A DNA stretch of 40,000 nt from Arsenophonus apicola. GTDB taxonomy: Bacteria > Pseudomonadota > Gammaproteobacteria > Enterobacterales > Enterobacteriaceae. The translations under genes and the position numbers were made by a program. The notes under the pieces were generated by a model. It made no database searches. It saw only the letters and a list, made by a program, of their open reading frames with translations, and was not told the origin of the DNA. The stretch covers positions 2,464,856 to 2,504,855 of the forward strand of contig NZ_CP084222.1 in assembly GCF_020268605.1 (NCBI RefSeq), written 5' to 3'. The first letter of the stretch is position 1, and each line of letters begins with the position of its first letter. Positions 33,906 to 40,000 of this stretch are shown piece after piece.

Positions 33906-35634
33906 ATGAGTAAAAATATGCCAACAATGAATTTTGATACTAAAAATCAATCTTTTAATGAATTATTAAGTCCTTCATATAACTACATTGTCCCTCCTTT
34001 TCAACGTGATTATTCTTGGGAAGAGTCTGACTGGAATGAACTTTGGCAAGACATAGTAAGTTTACTAAACGATGAGCCATATTCTTTTCATTATATGGGT
34101 TACCTGGTACTACAAAGCGAAGATACAAAAAATTTTAAGATTGTTGATGGGCAACAAAGGATTACAACCATTAGTATAATAATTCTAGCTGCATGTTCCA
34201 TATTTGATGATTTAATAAATAATAATATTGATACAGAACAAAACAAAACAAGGAAAGAAAAATTTATAAGTAGTTATATAGGTTATACAGATCCTGTTCT
34301 AATCTGTGAACATACTAAATTACAACTAAATAAAAATAATGATAATTACTATCAAACTTATTTAGCTACATTAGCAAAGTTACCACAAAGAAACTTAAAT
34401 AACTCAGAGCATAAATTAAGGAAATCATTCTTTTTCTTCAAAAAAGAAATGGAAAATTATTTGTCTGAAATTCATGATAAAGGAACAGGATTAGCAAAAT
34501 TAATTGTTTTATAACAGAAAAGCTTTGCTTTACAACAATTACGGTAAGTAATGAAATCAATGCATTTAAAGTTTTTGAAACTCTAAATGCCAGAGGAGTA
34601 AAATTATCATCTACTGATTTATTAAAAAATTATATATTTTCAATTATTACTAACGAAAGTACTCATAATAATGAACTACGCCACTTAGAAAATAGATGGG
34701 AAAGAATTGTATCTATATTAGGAAACGATGAACTTACAGAACTTGTTCGCATTTATTGGAATAGCAAAAATAAATTAGCAAGAAAAAAAGAATTATTTAA
34801 AACGATAAAATCAACAATCAAAACAAAAGAGGACGCCTTTAATTTATTAAAAGAAATAGATAATTGCGCAGAAGTATACTCTGCTTTAAAAGATACTAAA
34901 GACTCCAATTTTTGGGATGATGAAGAAAAACATTACCTTGAATTACTATTCAATATATTCAATGTCAAACAACCATTTTCAATGCTTATTGCCTGCTATA
35001 ATGCATTTTATAACAATGACAGGAAAGGATTTAAAAAAATATTAAAATATATAACAATAATAACATTTAGATATAATATAATTTGTGGAATGCTTCCTCA
35101 TGAACAAGAAAGATTATATAGTTCAATATCACAAGGAATTTCATTAGAAAGTTATGGTGTTTCAAAAGTATTGAAAAATTTAAAAATTAAATTATATCCA
35201 TCAGATGATACATTCAAAAATGATTTTTCAAATAAAATAATAAAGACTGGTAATAATAGAAATACAAAACTTATAAAATATATACTTACTGAAATAGAAA
35301 AAAGTATAACAAATAGTACATCATACTATGATTTAAATACGGTAACTGTAGAGCATATTTTACCAAAATCTCCATCTGATGAATGGAATATTGGAAACGA
35401 TTATCATTTTGATAACCTAGTACATAGGATAGGTAATATGTGTTTATTAGCTAGCAATGACAATAAAAAGATAGGAAATAAATCCTTTGAGTATAAAAAC
35501 CATCCTATATCAATAGTAAATTTGATATAACAAAATACATTGGGAGTAATTATGAAGAATGGAATGAAAATTCAATAATAGAACGCCAAAAATTCTTAGC
35601 AAAAAAAAGCATTAAATATCTGGTCACTGAATGA
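33906..35634 (+). pseudogene. DUF262 (ParB-like NTPase/nuclease) plus DUF1524 (His-Me/HNH-like) protein, GmrSD-type type IV restriction/defence enzyme, broken by at least two 1-nt frameshifts
   Basis: Frame 0 reads IVPPFQRDYSWEESDWNELWQDI ... VDGQQRITT and stops at 34514. Frame -1, open from 34481, reads FKVFETLNARGVKLSSTDLLKNY ... TVEHILPKSP...HRIGNMCLL...NKKIGNKSF and stops at 35530. The next -1 frame, from about 35497, reads INSKFDITKYIGSNYEEWNENSIIERQKFLAKK. The shifts sit at T/A runs near 34495..34510 and at A5 35495..35499. Confidence 0.65.
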
Positions 35635-35820
35635 CGAATAAAATAAATCATCCTTGTACTCAGTTAACACAAAACGCCGCCGCCCTATTCTGTTCTGGGG
35701 ACAGTCAAGACTATAAATTATCTTTCAAATAGCTAAATATAGTTTGATTGCGTTTACCCGTCCGTGATGACTGTAATCGGACACCAAGAGGCACTTGGGC
35801 ACACGTCCTAACTCATGCAT

Positions 35821-35844
35821 AAGACCTAATTAGGTCTTTTTTTT
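35821..35844 (+). terminator. Strong rho-independent terminator after the DUF262/DUF1524 gene
   Basis: AAGACCT-AATT-AGGTCTT (7-bp stem) followed by a T run, 17 nt before the next start codon. Confidence 0.7.
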
Positions 35845-35861
35845 CACCTGAAGGTAATTAA

Positions 35862-36308
35862 ATGAATAACGATGAATTAAGAAAAATTCTTGATGAGCAT
35901 AAATTTTGGGTAGATTCGATGGGCAAGAATGGTCGTAAAGCCAATCTAAGTGGTGCCAACTTAATTAGAGCAGACCTACAGGGAGCAGACCTATGGGGAG
36001 CCAATCTACGTGGAGCAGACCTATATGAAGCCAATCTACGTGGAGCAAACCTATGTGGAGCTGACTTACCCCATGATACATTCGTTATTATGGGTGAACC
36101 CTATCCAATAATGATTACAAATGGAGAAAATCTTCGTGCAGGATGTCAACATCATTCGGTAGAAAAGTGGCGACAATTTAGCAAAGAAGACATCGTGAAC
36201 ATGGATGGCAGAAAAGCGCTTGAGTTCTACCCTCGCTTACTGGATATGCTGGATTTTTACCTGGGAAAAGGTGAGCGCCCTGACTGGTTAAACCAAACGG
36301 CACAATAA
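35862..36308 (+). CDS. Pentapeptide-repeat protein
   Basis: 148 aa. Residues ~27-70 are consecutive A(N/D)LxG pentapeptides ([43 protein letters not shown]). The DNA carries a 30-bp tandem duplication at 36000..36059. Confidence 0.85.
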   Translation: MNNDELRKILDEHKFWVDSMGKNGRKANLSGANLIRADLQGADLWGANLRGADLYEANLRGANLCGADLPHDTFVIMGEPYPIMITNGENLRAGCQHHSVEKWRQFSKEDIVNMDGRKALEFYPRLLDMLDFYLGKGERPDWLNQTAQ

Positions 36309-36323
36309 GAAGGATTAAACACG

Positions 36324-36581
36324 ATGAGATTGGACAATCCACGCATTGTAACAGCAAAACACCCTAATATGGGTAATCTGGTTGGGGTGACTAATGGCAG
36401 TCGCCATTTGAGCGATTCAATATACTTAAGCAGTATTGATATTAGTGATGATGATGACAGAGAAGTACGCTCTTTTAAGACAATCATACAGTGCTTAACA
36501 AATGAAAATGATCGTCTTAAGAAAGAGAACCGAAGACTCATGAAGATATACCGTGGAATTGGCGGGCTGTGCAGGATTTGA
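36324..36581 (+). CDS. Hypothetical protein with an acidic stretch and a C-terminal coiled coil
   Basis: 85-aa ORF with AAGAAGGA upstream. Its last 22 nt overlap the tRNA-like element on the other strand. Confidence 0.4.
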   Translation: MRLDNPRIVTAKHPNMGNLVGVTNGSRHLSDSIYLSSIDISDDDDREVRSFKTIIQCLTNENDRLKKENRRLMKIYRGIGGLCRI

Positions 36582-36632
36582 ACCTGCAATAAGTAAACTT
36601 CATTTACTGCTTTACCATTCAGCTAACAGTTC
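36560..36632 (-). tRNA. Degenerate tRNA-like element (anticodon-loop GAA, Phe-like), probably a pseudo-tRNA
   Basis: Minus strand: GAACTGT TA GCTG AATGGTA AAGC AGTAA ATGAAGT TTACT TATT GCAGG TTCAAAT CCTGC ACAGCCC G CCA. The T-arm, anticodon arm and encoded CCA are perfect. The acceptor stem has two A.C mismatches and position 26 is missing (73 nt). Confidence 0.4.
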
Positions 36633-36640
36633 ACTGACAA

Positions 36641-36973
36641 TCATAAGGCAGGCATCAAAAAGGCTTTTACCACAAGAGAAAGGATACCTAAAATACCCGC
36701 CCCCAACATCCAGCGTATTAATTTTTGTTCAGCACGAATTCCTGACATCTCTAGCTGTAGGTCTTTGCGGACTATTTCCATGTCTTTACGAACATCAGAT
36801 ATTTGCGCGCTTAAATCTTTGCGGACATCATCTAAATCTCTCTTTGTTGCTACATCAACCGCTTCGTGTGACTCACGCACAGCAATAGAAATCGCTTTCG
36901 CCTGTTCTGTTGGTAATCCAGCGCTTTCAAGCGTTTCAACAAATTTTAGTGTATCAAATGCAACCTGACCCAT
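36641..36973 (-). CDS. DUF1640-like coiled-coil protein with a C-terminal TM anchor
   Basis: Start taken at MGQVAFDTLKFVETLESAGL (ATG 36973, RBS GGAGGA). Has a repeated VRKDL motif and the terminal hydrophobic segment WMLGAGILGILSLVV. Confidence 0.6.
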   Translation of the reverse strand: MGQVAFDTLKFVETLESAGLPTEQAKAISIAVRESHEAVDVATKRDLDDVRKDLSAQISDVRKDMEIVRKDLQLEMSGIRAEQKLIRWMLGAGILGILSLVVKAFLMPAL

Positions 36974-37015
36974 AGGTAATCCTCCTTTTTGGTAAGTATA
37001 ACCTAACAATAACCA

Positions 37016-37045
37016 TTGACGAAAGAACAAATCATGCGCTATAGT
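37016..37045 (+). promoter_or_regulatory. Candidate promoter of the antirepressor-operon leader / small RNA
   Basis: TTGACG (37016..37021), 18-nt spacer, TATAGT (37040..37045). Confidence 0.4.
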
Positions 37046-37051
37046 TTATTT

Positions 37052-37129
37052 GCATCTGCAAAATCAGATGTCGGGATTCGAAACCCGTCAGTGTGTACCG
37101 GCCAATAACACGCCGAATGCGTGTTTTTT
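37052..37129 (+). ncRNA. Candidate ~78-nt small RNA or terminated leader with three hairpins
   Basis: Hairpin 1 is CATCTG-CAAAAT-CAGATG. Hairpin 2 is CGGG-ATTCGAAA-CCCG. Hairpin 3 is the terminator AACACGC-CGAAT-GCGTGTT plus T6 (37107..37129). The coordinates are predicted, not measured. Confidence 0.3.
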
Positions 37130-37287
37130 ATTGGTCATAACCTAGTCACATATCAATGGTGGCTCAGGTAGGGGAACCGTAAGGTTCGCCGGAGGTACAC
37201 CGGTATTTCGAACCCTGTCTGGGCTACCACCACGAGATTCGAAACTCCAGTGGTAGCATTTATCTAAATGTACCATTGGAGGTCAAT

Positions 37288-37821
37288 ATGACCACTCACT
37301 CATCCCTTGTTATTCCTAAAGTTAGTATTCACAAAGGTAAAGCGATTACCACCTCACAAGATGTAGCCGAATACTTCAACAAGCGCCATGACAACGTTCT
37401 ACGTGCTATCGGCAGTCTTGAGTGTTCATCTGAGTTTCGTCTCCTCAATTTTGAGGAGACGTTCTACATACGAGAAAATCCCAACGGTGGAGATGGGATC
37501 TCAACAAAGTGCTACGAAATGACTAAAGACGGCTTCGTATTCTTGGTGATGGGATTTACCGGAAAGAAAGCCGCTCAATTCAAGGAAGCCTACATTGCTG
37601 AATTTAATCGCATGGAAGCACAATTACACAATGCTGTTACCGTAACAGGTAATACAAACAAAATTCTTCTCACTTTACTTCCCAATGGCAAAGTAGATAG
37701 CGCAAGAGTAATTCATGATAATGAATATGTCGCTTCACTAGAGTCACTCTTCGAAATTGGTCGTCGTGCTGGTTACATGATCATTCACAAAGATGAATTA
37801 ATCAAAAAATTATCAGAATAG
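37288..37821 (+). CDS. Rha-family regulatory protein / putative antirepressor
   Basis: ATG 37288 follows GGAGG; the track used an upstream TTG. AITTSQDVAEYFNKRHDNVLRAI...YEMTKDGFVFLVMGFTGKKAAQFKEAYIAEFNRME is the Rha (pRha) domain pattern. Confidence 0.7.
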   Translation: MTTHSSLVIPKVSIHKGKAITTSQDVAEYFNKRHDNVLRAIGSLECSSEFRLLNFEETFYIRENPNGGDGISTKCYEMTKDGFVFLVMGFTGKKAAQFKEAYIAEFNRMEAQLHNAVTVTGNTNKILLTLLPNGKVDSARVIHDNEYVASLESLFEIGRRAGYMIIHKDELIKKLSE

Positions 37822-37918
37822 CTTACTTTTCCTTAGCACGTCTCCGTTTCAAACGGAAGCGTGCCGCAAATTAATAATACCAATATTCAATCATCAATTA
37901 ACTTTGAGGAATTTCTAT

Positions 37919-38743
37919 ATGCAAAATTTAATCAATATAGAAACAAAAAACATCAGTGGTGAATTAATCCAAACGGTTAATGCCCGTGATTTACATGCGT
38001 TTTTAGAAATTACTACGCGATTTAATGATTGGATAAATAGGCGTATAGCAGAATATAGTTTTGAAGAGAACATTGACTATATTATTGCTGAAAATTTGAG
38101 CTACTCAAATTTGAGTAGTGCAAAATCTCGCCAACGTATGATGAAAGACTACTATATCGCCATCGATATGGCGAAAGAGCTATCCATGGTTGAACGCAAT
38201 GAAAAAGGGAAACAGGCAAGGCAGTATTTTATTGAATGCGAAAGACGTGTTTTACAACCTCAACTTCACATTCAAACATTACTACCAACAAAAAAAGAAC
38301 TCGCTCTCATGGTTGTTCGTGCTGAAGAAGAGAAAGAACAGTTATTACTGGAAAATAAAAGTCTCTCAACCGAAAACGATTGTCTTAAAAATCTCTTTAA
38401 GGAAGGTATGACCCCTACCCAATTTAGCAAAATGCTTAATGGCGTAAACAGTCAGCAGATAAATCATTTTCTGGCAGAGAGGAAGTGGCTCTACAACGAA
38501 AGTAAATCCGGCATACGCTGGCGTGTTGCTTCTTATGCACGGGATAAATATTTAACCGAAAAACAAAGCGAAATAAGCCCACACGGTGCTGACAGATTCA
38601 TTAGTTATCAACCTGTATTACTCAAAAAAGGGGCGCGACGTCTCTATGATTTGTATCTGGATTACAAGCTGCCCATGAAACTGACGTGGAATGGTTCACA
38701 TACTCATGACAAGTCCATCCAGGGTATTCACCTGAAGCACTGA
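37919..38743 (+). CDS. AntA/KilAC-type antirepressor
   Basis: ATG 37919 follows GAGGA. The N-terminal AntA-like block is VNARDLHAFLEITTRFNDWINRRIAEYSFEENIDY. The C-terminal part is KilA-C/ANT-like. Confidence 0.7.
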   Translation: MQNLINIETKNISGELIQTVNARDLHAFLEITTRFNDWINRRIAEYSFEENIDYIIAENLSYSNLSSAKSRQRMMKDYYIAIDMAKELSMVERNEKGKQARQYFIECERRVLQPQLHIQTLLPTKKELALMVVRAEEEKEQLLLENKSLSTENDCLKNLFKEGMTPTQFSKMLNGVNSQQINHFLAERKWLYNESKSGIRWRVASYARDKYLTEKQSEISPHGADRFISYQPVLLKKGARRLYDLYLDYKLPMKLTWNGSHTHDKSIQGIHLKH

Positions 38744-38787
38744 TTACTTTTCTTTTTTAAATCTTCAATTAACCAGGAGCTAAAAAC

Positions 38788-38922
38788 ATGAACCAGCTTA
38801 AACAGCAGGAGCTGCGCTACGTCTTAAATAGTGACAGCTTCGCCCAAAAAGACAGCTTAAAAATTATCCCCACCGTGCTAATCATTGCGTTGGCAAGCCT
38901 CGTTTTATTGTTAGCAAGATAG
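38788..38922 (+). CDS. Possible 44-aa protein with a C-terminal TM segment
   Basis: MNQLKQQELRYVLNSDSFAQKDSLKIIPTVLIIALASLVLLLAR*. CAGGAG lies 8 nt upstream. Confidence 0.3.
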   Translation: MNQLKQQELRYVLNSDSFAQKDSLKIIPTVLIIALASLVLLLAR

Positions 38923-38931
38923 GAATAACTC

Positions 38932-39081
38932 ATGACTTTATTTGAATTAACTCAGTTGGTTAAGAAGCAAAGAAAAAGCAATGAGCTTAAGGAACATTAC
39001 AAATATGAACATCAACGTGAGGTACTGGGGCAACAAAATGTTCCTGTTAGCTGGCAGGATTTTCGAGGAGATTTTACATGA
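38932..39081 (+). CDS. Possible 49-aa protein
   Basis: MTLFELTQLVKKQRKSNELKEHYKYEHQREVLGQQNVPVSWQDFRGDFT*. Its stop overlaps the next start (ATGA). Confidence 0.3.
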   Translation: MTLFELTQLVKKQRKSNELKEHYKYEHQREVLGQQNVPVSWQDFRGDFT

Positions 39082-39377
39082 AAATGCCGAGGCTAACGGA
39101 TAAAAGGAGATGCCAATCAAAAGAAGACGCTATTGCCTATGCAATACAACAGATGGAGGCAACCAGGCAAGGAAAAGAACCATTGTCGCCATCGATGAAA
39201 GAAAAGCGTCAAGCAATGGAAATGTATGACAAAGAAGCAAAAGAGATTGAAAAACTAATAATTCAATCCTCGCCAAATACTTACAATCCTATATATGTTC
39301 AAAATAAAGAATACAATCCTTTCATTGATCAAGAACTAAGAGATGGACCGTTAGGTGGAAAAATAAGAGGTGATTAG
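39078..39377 (+). CDS. Hypothetical protein
   Basis: 99-aa ORF tightly packed between its neighbours. Confidence 0.45.
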   Translation: MKMPRLTDKRRCQSKEDAIAYAIQQMEATRQGKEPLSPSMKEKRQAMEMYDKEAKEIEKLIIQSSPNTYNPIYVQNKEYNPFIDQELRDGPLGGKIRGD

Positions 39378-39379
39378 AT

Positions 39380-40000
39380 ATGGCGACCGCAACACTAATA
39401 CTGGGTGAGTCAGGGACAGGAAAATCCGCTAGCCTTAGACATCTAAGCCCTGAAGAAACTTTATTAATCCAAACGTTAAAAAAACCTTTGCCGTTTAAAT
39501 CAACTCAATGGCGAAATTGGGATCAAAAAGATGCCACAACCTCAATATTTGTCAGTGACTGTTGGCAATACATCATGAAAGCTATCGAAAAAGCCTCAAG
39601 TTACGAAAAAAAGATAGTTGTTATTGATGATTTTCAATATCTGATGGCAAATGAATTCATGCGCAGATCAGATGAAAAATCTTTCGATAAATTTACAGAA
39701 ATAGGCGCTCACACATGGAATGTGATCAATGCGGCAGTAAAATCATCATCAGATGATCTAAGGATATATTTTCTCTCGCATACCGAAGAAACACCATTAG
39801 GTAAAGTCAAGATGAAAACAATTGGCAAAATGCTTGATGAAAAAATAACCGTTGAGGGCATGTTTACTATTGTACTGAAAACGGTAGTTAAGGATGGTCA
39901 ATACTTATTTTCAACACAAAACAGCGGTTATGATACCGTCAAATCCCCAATAGGAATGTTTGAAACACCCGAAATTGAAAACGACATAAACGCAGTTGAT
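39380..40000 (+). CDS. AAA/RecA-like ATPase (Sak4-like single-strand-annealing/recombination ATPase); the ORF runs off the right edge
   Basis: ATG 39380. Walker A is ILGESGTGKS and Walker B-like is IVVIDDFQYL. Such ATPases are typical in early-left operons of lambdoid phages. Confidence 0.65.
   Translation, partial: MATATLILGESGTGKSASLRHLSPEETLLIQTLKKPLPFKSTQWRNWDQKDATTSIFVSDCWQYIMKAIEKASSYEKKIVVIDDFQYLMANEFMRRSDEKSFDKFTEIGAHTWNVINAAVKSSSDDLRIYFLSHTEETPLGKVKMKTIGKMLDEKITVEGMFTIVLKTVVKDGQYLFSTQNSGYDTVKSPIGMFETPEIENDINAVD

Larger units (their letters stand above)
1..40000. mobile_element. Internal segment of a lambdoid prophage; both window edges are still inside phage genes
   Basis: Unbroken succession of phage modules (tail, head, packaging, lysis, Q, nin, replication, immunity, early-left). 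No integrase, att site or host housekeeping gene is visible. Confidence 0.9.

Noticed and set aside
35700-35820. Possible small RNA upstream of the 35821 terminator (hairpins GTCCG...CGGAC and CCAAG...CTTGG)
   Set aside because: No convincing promoter is present. The best -10 (TATAGT near 35739) lacks a -35 at proper spacing. The region is more simply the 3' UTR of the DUF262/DUF1524 transcript.
36257-36888. ORFs 36257..36589 (minus) and 36553..36888 (plus) spanning the tRNA-like element
   Set aside because: They run across the tRNA-like element and antisense to better-supported genes (the 85-aa ORF and the DUF1640-like gene). No RBS is present.
37157-37231. Possible genuine tRNA: a 7-bp acceptor-like helix TGGTGGC/GCTACCA followed by CCA
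   Set aside because: No D-arm, anticodon arm or 7-nt T-loop can be drawn at canonical spacing. It is treated as part of the structured leader, and the acceptor-like helix may be coincidental.
36900-37300. LexA (SOS) box upstream of the antirepressor operon
   Set aside because: I looked for CTGT-N8-ACAG and found no match here. I also found none upstream of the late-region Rha-like gene at about 19810..19880.
1-40000. Integrase, excisionase, att sites or prophage boundaries
   Set aside because: None is visible. Both window edges fall inside phage ORFs, so the integration site cannot be addressed from this window.

Overview
The whole window lies inside a lambdoid prophage with an HK97-type head, a siphovirus tail and lambda-like regulatory circuitry. 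The host looks AT-rich and enterobacterial (roughly 40% GC), but that guess is untested. Neither prophage end, an integrase nor an att site is in the window. On the minus strand, reading from about 28.1 kb down to 1, the order is cro, nutR, cII-like, an O-like replication initiator with internal iterons, primase-helicase, and a nin-like region (DUF551, NinB-like, NinG-like). It continues with Q, a candidate pR'/tR' and a long spacer, then holin, SAR endolysin and Rz with embedded Rz1, a Rha-like gene and HNH. After that come terS, terL, a fused protease-capsid ORF, a collagen-like protein, portal, neck genes and the major tail protein. The tail module ends with a chaperone carrying a -1 frameshift site, the tape measure, tail-tip genes interrupted by an Ail/Lom-type outer-membrane moron, and a J-like host specificity protein. 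On the plus strand from 28.2 kb the order is cI-like repressor, rexA/rexB homologues, terminator, OL/pL, nutL and an N-like gene. The most unusual feature follows: a second complete immunity module (nutR copy, cro2, OR2, cI2, OL2/pL2, nutL2, N2) sits in tandem, about 3.5 kb from the first. Its operators differ from those of module 1 and resemble lambda operators. Both repressors lack the LexA/S24-type cleavage domain. Further right is an AT-rich accessory island with a frameshifted DUF262/DUF1524 (GmrSD-like) gene, a pentapeptide-repeat protein, a degenerate tRNA-like element and a DUF1640-like gene. Next comes a highly structured RNA leader or candidate small RNA upstream of a Rha/AntA-KilAC antirepressor operon, then the start of an AAA ATPase gene. 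All homology statements rest on reading the translations and on recalled lambda sequences. No database search was run.
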